DNA from: an uncultured bacterium
GTDB lineage: Bacteria > Myxococcota_A > UBA796 > CAJQPC01
Assembly (NCBI GenBank): GCA_905480105.1
Contig: CAJQPC010000113.1
Span: 26,705 to 90,704 of the forward strand
Length of the DNA: 64,000 nucleotides
Reading direction: 5' to 3'
Positions 8,973 through 18,501 of the stretch are shown piece by piece. Within the stretch, counting starts at the first letter, position 1, and the number at the start of each line of letters is the position of its first letter. Below the pieces are notes generated by a model. That model had not been told where the DNA came from, did no database searches, and was given only the letters and a program-made list of their open reading frames with translations. Both the position numbers and the translations under genes were made by a program.

Positions 8973-10609
8973 CCGCCAAAACGACCTGCTGGAGCGTGGT
9001 CGCTCTGTTGGCCCTGAGCGCTTGTGGCTCTCCGATTGAGACCCCGATTACGCCAGAGCCTGCGATGGTGGAGGAGGTGGAACTCATCCCCTTGGACTCG
9101 GTGGCCCTACTCTCCCGCATCTCCATAGACCTGCGCGGTGTGCGCCCCTCCGTAGCCGAGGTCCTGTTGGTGGAGGAAGACCCCACTTTGCTGCCCGAGC
9201 TGGTCGACGGCATGCTGGATGACCCCCGCTTTGGCGCCCAGGTGCGTGCCCTGTACGCCAACGTTCTTCTGACGCGCCAGGACTCCTGGACGGTGGACAC
9301 CAGTGACTACTCCCTTGACAGCAGTCTACAGCCCCAACTGGCCGCCGACGTGGGCGAGGAGACTCTGTGGATCTTCTCGCGAGTGGCCACCGAAGATCTG
9401 CCATACACCGAGGTAGTGCGCGGCGACTGGACCATGGCTACGGCCCTGATGGCCGAGATGTGGCCTTTGGATCGCCAGGACGGGGAGGGATTCCAGCCCG
9501 CCCAGTACACCGACAAGCGACCCGCGGCGGGCATCTTGGCCACCAACTCTTTTTGGTGGCGCTACATGTCCAACGCCTCAAATGCCAACCGGGGTCGAGC
9601 GAACGCGGTCTCTAAAACCCTGCTCTGCACGGACTACCTCTCCAAGCCCATCGAGTTTGAGCGGGACGTGAACCTGCTGGACGCCGATGCGGTGAACGAA
9701 GCCTTAGCGACCAACGATGGCTGCGTGGCCTGCCACTACAGCTTGGATCCCCTGGCCAGTTACTTGTGGGGCTTCTACTTCGTCGACTACAACTCGGCAG
9801 CGGACATCAGCACCTTCCACCCGGAGAGGGAGCGCCTCTGGACCACCTACACGGAGGTTGAGCCGGGCTACTACGGTGAGCCTGGCGGAAGTTTGGGGGA
9901 CCTGGGCCAGATGCTGGCCGCTGACCCGCGTCTGGTCACCTGTGGTGTGGACCACATCTACACCGGTCTGTTGCATCGGGACATAGAGCTCGGGGACACC
10001 GCTACGCTCACGGACCTACGTGAGGTCTTCCTGGGCGAAGGCCTGCGGCTTAAGCCTCTGTTTCGGGCTGTGGTGGATACGCCCGCTTATCGAGCGGCCC
10101 CCAGCGAAAGCATTGGTCCTCGCCTGATGGGAACGGATCAGCTGGCGTCTGCAATAGAGGACATCACGGGCTTTCGCTTTATCGATGATGGCTACGACAT
10201 GATGCGCACCGACTCCCGCGGCCTGCGCACTCTGGCAGGCGGCGTGGACGGAAACTTCGTGACGGAGCCGGCCACCGGACCGACCACTACGATGGTCCTG
10301 GTACAAGAGCGATTGGCCCAAGCGGCTGCGCACTATGCGGTAGCGCAAGATCTGACCTCTGATGCGCCCACGCTCTTTGTGCACGTGAACTTCTCTGAGA
10401 CGCCCAAGTCCCAGCCCGATTTGATGGCGGCTCAGGTCCAATACCTCCACCTGCGCATCTTCGGAAAGCAGGTCGCCGTGGACGGACCCGAGGTTCAGGC
10501 GAACCTGGAGCTGTGGCAGACCCTGTTTGAGCTCGAAGGCAGTGGCGAGGCGGCCTGGACGGGCCTGCTCTCGGTATTGCTCCGCGACCCCGATTTCCTG
10601 TTGTACTGA
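8963..10609 (+). CDS. lipoprotein with CxxCH motif, DUF1800/DUF1588-like partner of DUF1501
   Basis: Start ATG 8963 lies after GGAGGGA. Lipobox LLALSAC. Motif NDGCVACHYSLDPLASYLWGF (CxxCH followed by DP) is like planctomycete/myxobacterial DUF158x proteins. Sits directly upstream of a DUF1501 gene. The exact family is uncertain. Confidence 0.5.
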   Translation: MEMTAKTTCWSVVALLALSACGSPIETPITPEPAMVEEVELIPLDSVALLSRISIDLRGVRPSVAEVLLVEEDPTLLPELVDGMLDDPRFGAQVRALYANVLLTRQDSWTVDTSDYSLDSSLQPQLAADVGEETLWIFSRVATEDLPYTEVVRGDWTMATALMAEMWPLDRQDGEGFQPAQYTDKRPAAGILATNSFWWRYMSNASNANRGRANAVSKTLLCTDYLSKPIEFERDVNLLDADAVNEALATNDGCVACHYSLDPLASYLWGFYFVDYNSAADISTFHPERERLWTTYTEVEPGYYGEPGGSLGDLGQMLAADPRLVTCGVDHIYTGLLHRDIELGDTATLTDLREVFLGEGLRLKPLFRAVVDTPAYRAAPSESIGPRLMGTDQLASAIEDITGFRFIDDGYDMMRTDSRGLRTLAGGVDGNFVTEPATGPTTTMVLVQERLAQAAAHYAVAQDLTSDAPTLFVHVNFSETPKSQPDLMAAQVQYLHLRIFGKQVAVDGPEVQANLELWQTLFELEGSGEAAWTGLLSVLLRDPDFLLY

Positions 10610-10619
10610 AGGCATAAAC

Positions 10620-11891
10620 ATGATCACCAGACGACAGTCGATTCAAGCAATGGCCGGGGCTTTGGGGCTCAGTGGCTTGGCCTCTGTGGGCCTGAGCGGG
10701 CGGGCTTTGGCCGCCAGTACCGGCACCAAGAAGCTAATCCTGGTCTACAACTACGGTGGATGGGACCCCACACGGGTCTTTGCCGGCGAGTTCGACAACG
10801 GCGCCGTAGACATGGAGCGCCAGGCTCAAGCGGGCACAGTGGGCGACCTGGTCTTTGTGGACCACCCAGACCGTCCCGGTGTGCGCAGCTTTATGGAGCG
10901 GCACGGGTCCAGGGCGCTGATCCTCAACGGCGTGTTGATGCCGTCGGTGGCTCACGAAAACTGTCTACGTCTTTCGCTGACGGGCTCTTCGGCTGATGGT
11001 GCACCCGATTTTGCTGCGGTGGCAGCCGCTCACTCCATGGCCGATTTTGCTCTGCCGCATCTGGTGGTCGGTGGACCCAGCTTCCCCGGCCAGATGGGGG
11101 CTGCAGTCACCCGTGCGGGCTCCTCCGGTCAGCTTGAAGGCCTGCTCAGCGGTGACATCATGACCTGGGGCGATAAACCTGCTGTCCCGCCACTTAAGCA
11201 AGCAGAAGATGTGATGGATGCCTACCTGGTTTCCAGGTCTCGGGCTGCTCAGTTGGCGGCCACACCGGGCAAGGAAATGGAGTTGCTCGCCGCGTACCAG
11301 GCCAGCCTGGAGCGGTCGAGCAGCCTGGAAGATCTCCTGCACGTGATGGACTGGAACGGCGGCTCAGACCTAAGCTCTCAGGCCCGCATGGCTGTGGACG
11401 CGCTGTCCTTGGGCATCTCCCGCTGCGTCACTTTGGGCTTCTCCGGTAGCGGCAATGGATGGGACTCCCACACGGACAATGACCGGATTCAGTCCAACAA
11501 CTTCGAGGCTCTGTTCGCAGGGGTCTCCGAGCTGATGGACCGCTTGAGCTCTACACCAGGCGAGGTGCTTCCGACCCAGGCCGATGAAACCCTGGTGGTC
11601 GTCATGTCTGAGATGGGGCGCACGCCCAAGATGAACGAGTCCCAGGGCAAGGACCACTGGCCTTACACCAGCTTGCTTATGGTTGGACCCGGCATCTCTG
11701 GTGGCCGCACTGTCGGTGGGCTGGACAGCTACGGCATGGGTAAGCTCATCGACTTTGCCAGCGGCGAGGAGGACCGGGAGGGCCAGGAGGTCCAGGCGGC
11801 CAACCTGGGCGCGACGCTCCTGGCGATGCTGGATATCGACCCGGAGACAGTGCACCCCGGAGTGCAGATTGTGGACGGCTTGTTGGGGTAA
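10620..11891 (+). CDS. DUF1501 domain protein (sulfatase-like fold, Tat signal)
   Basis: Twin-arginine leader MITRRQSIQAMAGALGL...ALA. Motifs SGNGWDSHTDN and SEMGRTPKMNESQGKDHW match the DUF1501 signature. Confidence 0.8.
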   Translation: MITRRQSIQAMAGALGLSGLASVGLSGRALAASTGTKKLILVYNYGGWDPTRVFAGEFDNGAVDMERQAQAGTVGDLVFVDHPDRPGVRSFMERHGSRALILNGVLMPSVAHENCLRLSLTGSSADGAPDFAAVAAAHSMADFALPHLVVGGPSFPGQMGAAVTRAGSSGQLEGLLSGDIMTWGDKPAVPPLKQAEDVMDAYLVSRSRAAQLAATPGKEMELLAAYQASLERSSSLEDLLHVMDWNGGSDLSSQARMAVDALSLGISRCVTLGFSGSGNGWDSHTDNDRIQSNNFEALFAGVSELMDRLSSTPGEVLPTQADETLVVVMSEMGRTPKMNESQGKDHWPYTSLLMVGPGISGGRTVGGLDSYGMGKLIDFASGEEDREGQEVQAANLGATLLAMLDIDPETVHPGVQIVDGLLG

Positions 11892-11993
11892 GGAGAGTAC
11901 AGGGGGTACTCGCTCAGGCAGACCGACCAGGCGGCTGGCGCGCATGAGAGCCGGGTGAATGACCACCGGTCCACGTAGGACGGGACCTTGGGT

Positions 11994-14213
11994 CTAAGAG
12001 CGCCGTCGCATCATGGCGGCCAGACCCAAGACCCACAAACCACCACCCAGGCCACCGCCACATCCCCCGCAGCCTTCTGGGTCCCGGCTCCAGCTCGGTC
12101 CGTCGCTGTTGCTGTCGGGTTCTGAGTCCTCTTCATCGCAGATGATAATGTTGGGGTCGGTGTCGTCGCAGTCGTCCCCCCCAAATGCGTTCGTATTTTC
12201 GCCGTCCCCGTCTTGGTCAAAATCGGAGTCGCCGCGACAGTCGCCGTCCACGCCGTCGTACCAGATCTCGGGGGTCTCTGGGTTCACATTGGGGTCTGTG
12301 TCATCGCAGTCGTAGCGCGTGTCCCAGCCGTCCTCATCGGCATCGGCCAGGATGTCCAGTGGGCCGCCGTGGTGGCCAATGTCTGAGCGGCTGCCGTCGC
12401 CGTCCAGCAGTGCGGGGTCTCCGGCGTCGATCAAGGGGCTGCTGGGGCTGAGCACGATGCGGTCGTTGGCCCAGTCTCCGTCCTGGCTCCATCCCATTAT
12501 GCCGGCGTCCAGGTCGGTCAGGTTGCCAGCCTCGTCCAGCTCTTCGGGCAGTAGTTCGCCGCTCAAGTGGCCGCCCTCGTTGTCCACAAAGGCGCTGTAC
12601 TTGAAGGTGGAGTAAAAGCCGCTGTTCGTGTCGTGGGCGTAGAGGGCCGCGGCACCGAAGTTGTCTGCGAAGAGCAGGTTGGTAAAGTCGCCGTGGGTCT
12701 CGTAGAGGCAAAGGGCGCTTCCTGTGTCCAAGGCTTGGTTGCCAAGAAAGCTCATGTTGGTTGCGGTGAGCAGCTCGCTGGCCACCCAACATCCGCCGCC
12801 TCCGATTCGGGCCAAGTTCTCTTGCACCAGGACGTTGGTCCAGTCAGCTGCGACGCTGGTGGCCGTGGCGTAGAAGCCGCCCCCGTAGTAGGCCGTGTTT
12901 CCGGCGATTCGGGTCTCGTGAAGTGTTGCGGTTTGTACGCCGCTCATGAACAGTCCGCCTCCGAACAGGCCTTCCTCGCCGCCGTTGTTCATTAGGTCAA
13001 CGCGGTCCAAGACCAACTGGTCGGTGTAGCGTAGCCACAGGCCCCCTCCCTCCAGATTGGCCTTGTTGTTGGCGATGACGCTGTCCTGGATGGAGACGGT
13101 TGATCCGCTCCAGATGTAGTAGAGATAGGCGCCACCGCCGCTGTAGTCTTTGGACTTGTTGCCGCTGATCTCGGTGTTTTGGATGTTGGTGCTGCCGTAG
13201 GCGTATTGGTAGACGCCACCCCCGTGGTAGCGCGCGGTGTTCCCGGAGATGACGCTGTCGATCAGGGTTAGGTCCGCGTAGCCATAGGCGAAGATGCCGC
13301 CGCCGTGACCCTGAGGTGACTTGCCATTGGCCACCGTGCAGCCCGTCAGACTCAGGGGGCCATAGGCGTAGTACATGCCGATATGACCCGCGTTTCGGTA
13401 GGCCTTGTTTCCGTCGAAGGCGCAGTTCTCAAGCGTCACGCCGACGTTGGTCTCGCCGTAGATGGCGCCGCCATAGCCGTAGGTGGCCTCGTTGTCGGTG
13501 AACTGCACCCCATTGCCGGTGACGCTGGACTCGGTCAGGTAGACGGCTCCTCCATAGCCATCGTAGATGGCGTTTCCGGAGAAGGTGGCGTTCCCTAAGT
13601 TTGCGCTGCTCTCGACTAGGTAAAGGGCACCGCCGCTGGCAGCGGCCTCGTTGACCACAAACTGGGTGTCGGCCAAGGTGAGCGTGCTGCCGCCGTAGAG
13701 AGCGATAGCGCCGCCGTTCTCATCGGCGGTGTTCTCGTCGAAGAGGCTGCCCTGGATTTCAAGCACGCTGGAAGTCGCAGCGATGGACCCGCCGTCTTGA
13801 GAGGACAGTCCGCTCAAAAAACTACTGTCGATCACGGTGAGCGTCGACGAAGCCACGTTGATCTGGGCTCCCCAGTCGCCGCGCCCGCCATCGATCACAA
13901 CCTGGTTCAAGCTCAGGGTACCCGAGCCCATGTACAAGGCCCGGCCCGTGCCTTCGAATCGCAGGCCGTCCAAGTCCAAGTTGCCACGATCGGCCCAAAT
14001 AGCGGTCTCTCCGCTGTTGGAGATCAGAATGGCCCCTTCCTGGCCGACGATGCGTAGGTCCTTGCCAGAAGCGTCCGCGTGGGCGGTCCACTCGCCGGCT
14101 GGCACCTGGATCTCGTCCCCACTGGCGGCCTGGGCCACGGCTTCGTCTACGCTCAATGACAAAGAGACTTGGTGGGTGGCGGCCATAGAGAGGGAGCTTA
14201 GGAGCAGAATCAT
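11994..14213 (-). CDS. large Pmp-repeat beta-helix surface protein with MopE-type metal-binding motifs and MYXO-CTERM-like anchor
   Basis: Signal peptide MILLLSSLSMAA. More than 10 GGA(I/L/V)Y...FxxN repeats. C-terminal DEDGWDTRYDCDDTDPNVNP and GGDDCDDTDPN. Tail EGCGGCGGGLGGGLWVLGLAAMMRRRS. Confidence 0.7.
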   Translation of the reverse strand: MILLLSSLSMAATHQVSLSLSVDEAVAQAASGDEIQVPAGEWTAHADASGKDLRIVGQEGAILISNSGETAIWADRGNLDLDGLRFEGTGRALYMGSGTLSLNQVVIDGGRGDWGAQINVASSTLTVIDSSFLSGLSSQDGGSIAATSSVLEIQGSLFDENTADENGGAIALYGGSTLTLADTQFVVNEAAASGGALYLVESSANLGNATFSGNAIYDGYGGAVYLTESSVTGNGVQFTDNEATYGYGGAIYGETNVGVTLENCAFDGNKAYRNAGHIGMYYAYGPLSLTGCTVANGKSPQGHGGGIFAYGYADLTLIDSVISGNTARYHGGGVYQYAYGSTNIQNTEISGNKSKDYSGGGAYLYYIWSGSTVSIQDSVIANNKANLEGGGLWLRYTDQLVLDRVDLMNNGGEEGLFGGGLFMSGVQTATLHETRIAGNTAYYGGGFYATATSVAADWTNVLVQENLARIGGGGCWVASELLTATNMSFLGNQALDTGSALCLYETHGDFTNLLFADNFGAAALYAHDTNSGFYSTFKYSAFVDNEGGHLSGELLPEELDEAGNLTDLDAGIMGWSQDGDWANDRIVLSPSSPLIDAGDPALLDGDGSRSDIGHHGGPLDILADADEDGWDTRYDCDDTDPNVNPETPEIWYDGVDGDCRGDSDFDQDGDGENTNAFGGDDCDDTDPNIIICDEEDSEPDSNSDGPSWSRDPEGCGGCGGGLGGGLWVLGLAAMMRRRS

Positions 14214-14264
14214 GGTTTGATTCTACACCCTTGTGCTTCCAATTGAACCACCATGCGAGTGGAC

Positions 14265-15986
14265 TCAGCTTGCTGGAGAGGGAGCGCTCTGAGCACCGCG
14301 GATCAGTCGGCCGGGCATTGCACCTGTGGGCTGGCCATTCTCAAAGATGATCTCGCCTGCACACAAGGTCATCGTGTAGCCATCCGCGCGCTGGATCAGC
14401 CGGCGTCCGCCTGCGGGCAGATCGTGTACAAGCTGGGGAGGGCGTAAGGCAAGATTGTCGTAGTCAATGACGTTGATGTCGGCGCGGTAGCCCGGTGCGA
14501 TTTGTCCGCGGTCTTTCAGGCCATACAGAGCAGCGGTCTCGGTGGTCTGGCGACGCACGATCTCGGAGAGCTCGATGTGGTCACCGCGGGTACGGTCCCT
14601 TGGCCAAAAGCTGATCATAAAGGTGGGCATACCGCCGTCACAAATGGCGCCGCAGTGCGCGCCCCCGTCGCTCAGGCCCATGCGGGTCTGAGGATGAGTG
14701 TGCAGAGTGTGCAGCAAGTCCAGGTTCTGATCGCTGTAGTTGAAGAGCGGGAAGTAGAGAAAGCCGCTTCCGTCTCCTGCCATCATCATGTCGTAGGCCA
14801 ACCCACGGGGGTCCACGCCCTGCTGCGTACCCAGCGCGCCGATGGAGGTCTCGGGTGCAGGCTCGTAGTCTACGCCGCCACGCATGGGAAACATCTTCTC
14901 GAAGGACTGGGTGACCCAGTCCTCGAAGGTGCCGATTGGGATGGGCGTATCTGCCAGCATTTTGGCCCGTGTCTCAGGTGTCTTGAGCTGGGCCAAGGCC
15001 TGCTCCCAAGGCAGTGCTTGAAGGGCTTGCCAAGTGGGGTAGGCGACAAAGGGGTGCGCGGTAACGCGCCAGTTCATCAGGATTCCGATGGGGCGGCCAG
15101 CGACTTGAGCCACCATGGGTACGCCGTCTTTGTGGGCCTGGGTCAGTTCGGGCAGGATCTCTTCCCAGAGCTTGGGGGCGACATCGGACTGCGAGAGGTT
15201 GAAGCTGACGGGCCTACCGGTCCATAGGGCCAACTCGCGCATCCAGGGAATCTCTCTGGGGACTTCTACGTGCTCACAGGCCAGCTGAAACACGCCTTGA
15301 CCGGTGTCCTTGAGCGCCTTGCCAATGCCAAAGAGCTCCTCGCGACCGGCGAAGGTTCCGGGAACGGGTACGCCCTCGATGCTCTTGTGCAGCAAGGTGC
15401 GCGAGGTGGAGAACCCCAGGGCGCCGGCCTCCAGGGCCTCGGCCACAAGCTCGCCCATCTTGGAGACGTCCTCGGCCGTGGCGACCTGGTTCGATGCACC
15501 GCGCTCGCCCATCACGTAGGCGCGCAGAGAACCATGTGGGATTTGGGTTCCAAAGTCGATGGCGTGGGGCGTGGAATCGATCGCATCCAGGTACTCGGGG
15601 AAGCTCTCCCAGTTCCAGTCGATGCCCTCGGCGAGTGCGGCGCCGGGGATGTCTTCGACCCCTTCCATCAGGCCGATGAGCCAGTCGTGCTTGTCAGGCC
15701 GTGCCGGGGCAAAGCCCACGCCGCAGTTGCCCATGACGACCGTGGTGACCCCGTGCCAGGAGCTGGGGGAGAGGTAGGGGTCCCAGGTGACTTGGCCGTC
15801 GTAGTGCGTGTGCACGTCGACAAAGCCTGGCGTGATCAGCTGGCCAGCGCAGTCGATCTCTTTGGTGCCGGAGAGGTCGGCGCCCACCGCTGCGATGGTC
15901 TTGCCAACAATGCCAATGTCTGCGACAAAGGAAGGACTGCCCGTTCCGTCCAGAATGGTGCCGCCTTTTAGGACCAAGTCGTACAT
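14265..15986 (-). CDS. N-acyl-D-amino-acid deacylase (D-aminoacylase) family amidohydrolase
   Basis: MYDLVLKGGTILDGTG...ADIGIVGKTIAAVG...ITPGFVDVHTHYDGQ, then the long family-typical body. Start ATG 15986 is preceded by AGGAG. The longer ORF-track start 16082 is rejected. Confidence 0.8.
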   Translation of the reverse strand: MYDLVLKGGTILDGTGSPSFVADIGIVGKTIAAVGADLSGTKEIDCAGQLITPGFVDVHTHYDGQVTWDPYLSPSSWHGVTTVVMGNCGVGFAPARPDKHDWLIGLMEGVEDIPGAALAEGIDWNWESFPEYLDAIDSTPHAIDFGTQIPHGSLRAYVMGERGASNQVATAEDVSKMGELVAEALEAGALGFSTSRTLLHKSIEGVPVPGTFAGREELFGIGKALKDTGQGVFQLACEHVEVPREIPWMRELALWTGRPVSFNLSQSDVAPKLWEEILPELTQAHKDGVPMVAQVAGRPIGILMNWRVTAHPFVAYPTWQALQALPWEQALAQLKTPETRAKMLADTPIPIGTFEDWVTQSFEKMFPMRGGVDYEPAPETSIGALGTQQGVDPRGLAYDMMMAGDGSGFLYFPLFNYSDQNLDLLHTLHTHPQTRMGLSDGGAHCGAICDGGMPTFMISFWPRDRTRGDHIELSEIVRRQTTETAALYGLKDRGQIAPGYRADINVIDYDNLALRPPQLVHDLPAGGRRLIQRADGYTMTLCAGEIIFENGQPTGAMPGRLIRGAQSAPSPAS

Positions 15987-16019
15987 GTGGACTCCTGCAA
16001 TCTTGCGCGTTCGCTGTGA

Positions 16020-16690
16020 ATGATGCACACTGTGAACATGATTCACGCTTCTGGTCAAGGCCGATCTGCACGGCGCGCGCAACGTATCGAAGAATTTCTA
16101 GACGCGGCGGAGCGTGTGGTGATCGCCGAAGGGGTGGAGGCGCTGACCATGGCTCGCTTGGCCAGGGAGTGCGATGCAGCAGTGGGTGCGGTCTATCGCT
16201 ACCTGCCTGGCAAGTCGGCCTTGCTTGGCGGGCTGCAGCTACGTTCGGTTCGAGTGCTTGCGGACCTGGTCGAGCTGCGGGTCGCAGGGATCGCCGATCC
16301 CATTGAGCGTATCCAGCTGGCCTTTGGGACGTGGTCGGTGTTCTCGCTGGAGTCACCGGCGCTGTTTCGGCTCATCGACGACAGCCTCAGTGATCCCAGA
16401 CACATCTGGACCCGGATGATCGCGACCAGGTCCAGCAGTTCTTATTTCCGCTGCTCGGGCGCTGCGCCCAGTTGATCGAGGAGGCTGTGGAGTCGGGAGC
16501 GCTGCGGCCAGGAAACGCCCAAGTCCGAACCTACGCCTTGTGGGCAGCGGTGCACGGCGCACAGCACTTGGGTCGAAAAGTACCGCCTGTTAGCACGCTT
16601 GAGGAGAGTGATCTCGGCGCGCAGATGGTGGCTGATCTCCTCGCTGGCTGGTCGCCTCAAGTCCAGACGGATCACCGAAGCGTTTCTTAG
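16020..16690 (+). pseudogene. TetR family regulator, interrupted by a frameshift (or assembly error)
   Basis: The HTH LTMARLARECDAAVGAVYRYLPGKSALL is in the frame of ORF 16020-16475. The TetR-like C-terminal half (DPDDRDQVQQFLFPLLGRCAQLIEEAVESGALRPGN...WAAVHG) continues in the frame of ORF 16472-16690, which is open from 16394. Adding one C to the CCC run at 16395-16397 would join the two halves. Confidence 0.7.
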
Positions 16691-17625
16691 AGGCCCTCCT
16701 CGACATAGACAACCATGGGCCAGGAGAGAATCACAGTGGTTCCATCTGGAGTCGGTGGAAAGGCCACGCTCTGAAGGGCTTGAGCCATGCAGTCTTGGGT
16801 CGGGCCATGTCGCATGGTGGTCTTGCGCAGCTCAGTTTTCGCCACGCTCCCGTTCTCTGTAACGACCAGCTTGATCTCTACCTTGCCCGAGTGCGGTGCG
16901 GACTGGGCACACTCCTCCAAGGCGGACTCGGCTGTGGCGATGGCTTTGGACGCATCGGCGATCTTCATGGAGCCCAAGAGCGTGGGCTCTCCCTGGACAC
17001 GAACACGGTCACTCCGGTCCCAGGTGAGCTTGGCCGCTGCCCAGTCGGCATCGCTGTTGGCCATGGTCAGGGCTTCCACCCCAAGCGCCATGCCCATGCC
17101 CATTTCCAGCTTTTGCTGGTGGCTCAGATCTTCTCTGTCGGGTCTTTGAAGGCCCGCCAGCGCTGCGTTCTTGGGTTTCGCCGGAACCGGTGTCTCCCAG
17201 AGCACCACGGTCATGGTTTTTTTGACCTTGAGCTTGGAGACGCGGGGTTCTCCTTGTGCGACCACGACTGCCAGTTGTCCAAAGCCAGCTTTTGCTGCGG
17301 TAATTTTGAGCTGCTCTTGCGTATCCAAAGGGAGTCTGGAGTCAATCACGGCCAAGACAGGGCGCTTGACTTGACAGTCCAAGCAGCCGGCAGCCGCCAA
17401 GGGGATAAAAAGTGGGAAGATCACGCCCCGGCCCAGGTGCTCTGTAGAGACTTTCCCCTGCTCCAACTCGGTGAGAATCTCGCCGTTGAGGAAGATGTGG
17501 TCGGCAGTTGCGACGATGACGGTATCTTGTGCCAGATCCGAGCGGTCCAACAGCACGCCGTCTCCAGTGGGAAGCTGCAGGGGACCTACACGCAGGGCGC
17601 TCAAAGCGAAGATCAATGCGAACAA
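16687..17625 (-). CDS. secreted protein, possible TonB/AgmX-PglI-like C-terminal domain
   Basis: TTG start 5 nt after AGGAG. Signal-like MFALIFALSAL. The C-terminal block KVEIKLVVTENGSVAKTEL...CMAQALQSVAFPPTPDG looks like a TonB-C/AgmX-type beta-alpha-beta module. Weak call. Confidence 0.35.
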   Translation of the reverse strand: MFALIFALSALRVGPLQLPTGDGVLLDRSDLAQDTVIVATADHIFLNGEILTELEQGKVSTEHLGRGVIFPLFIPLAAAGCLDCQVKRPVLAVIDSRLPLDTQEQLKITAAKAGFGQLAVVVAQGEPRVSKLKVKKTMTVVLWETPVPAKPKNAALAGLQRPDREDLSHQQKLEMGMGMALGVEALTMANSDADWAAAKLTWDRSDRVRVQGEPTLLGSMKIADASKAIATAESALEECAQSAPHSGKVEIKLVVTENGSVAKTELRKTTMRHGPTQDCMAQALQSVAFPPTPDGTTVILSWPMVVYVEEGL

Positions 17626-17759
17626 GGGAACTCCTGTGGGTCTCTCTACACTGCATAGGGGGCAGGGGCGGAAAAGGTGTAAACGGCAGGCACAAAGATT
17701 TCATTGCCAGCTTTCCCCTCGGGGTGTTCTAGAGACGCGACAAACTTGGAGCTTGAACT

Positions 17760-18497
17760 ATGGACCCCTACCGTCCCCCAGATTCGAATATGCAGCTGTC
17801 TCAGAAGGGCACCGCTGTAGGAGGCGATCCCTTTCATGGCGATACTTGGCAGGTAGGAAGTCTGTTCAGCGCCACCCTGGACAGGGTCAAGGAACAGGTC
17901 GGTCCCTTTCTGATGTTGGGCGTTGGATTCGGCGTAGTAAACGTCTTCTTCAGCGTTTTGAACCAGGTCATCTCGGTTGCAGGACCAGAGAGCGGTATAG
18001 ACACCAGCCTGTTCATTGCGCTCTCTGGCTCAATGTCCATGATCGGGGGCATCGTCCAGTTCCTGCTGGGCTTGGTGGTCATGATGGGGGCCATGAAGAT
18101 CGCACGCGGTCAGGCGCTCTCAGTCTCAGAGCTGCTGCCGTCGGGGAAGGTCGTGGTGTCGGCGATCTTGGGGGGCATTTTGGTGACCTGTGCCCAGACC
18201 TTTGGGTTCTTGCTCTTCTTCTTTCCCGGCGTCATCCTGTTCTACGCTGTATTTTTCTACAAATGGCTCATCGTGGACCAGGAGATGGGGCCCATCGACG
18301 CCATCACCGAGAGCGTGAGCATGACCAGTGGTCACAAGATGCAGCTCTTCATTTGGACGCTGGTGCTCTTTGGCCTGGGTGTCGTGAGCATGGTGTTGAC
18401 CTGTGGTTTGGGCTTGTTCTTGCTCTTGCCCTTTGGGCAGGTCGCCAGCGTTCTGATCTACGACAACATCCGCCTTCGGAGCGGCTTGACCGACTGA
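17760..18497 (+). CDS. hypothetical polytopic membrane protein
   Basis: MDPYRPPDS N-terminus, then 4-5 hydrophobic helices (FLMLGVGFGVVNVFF, IGGIVQFLLGLVVMMGA, FGFLLFFFPGVILFYAVFF, LFIWTLVLFGLGVVSMVL). Confidence 0.5.
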   Translation: MDPYRPPDSNMQLSQKGTAVGGDPFHGDTWQVGSLFSATLDRVKEQVGPFLMLGVGFGVVNVFFSVLNQVISVAGPESGIDTSLFIALSGSMSMIGGIVQFLLGLVVMMGAMKIARGQALSVSELLPSGKVVVSAILGGILVTCAQTFGFLLFFFPGVILFYAVFFYKWLIVDQEMGPIDAITESVSMTSGHKMQLFIWTLVLFGLGVVSMVLTCGLGLFLLLPFGQVASVLIYDNIRLRSGLTD

Positions 18498-18501
18498 TTG
18501 C

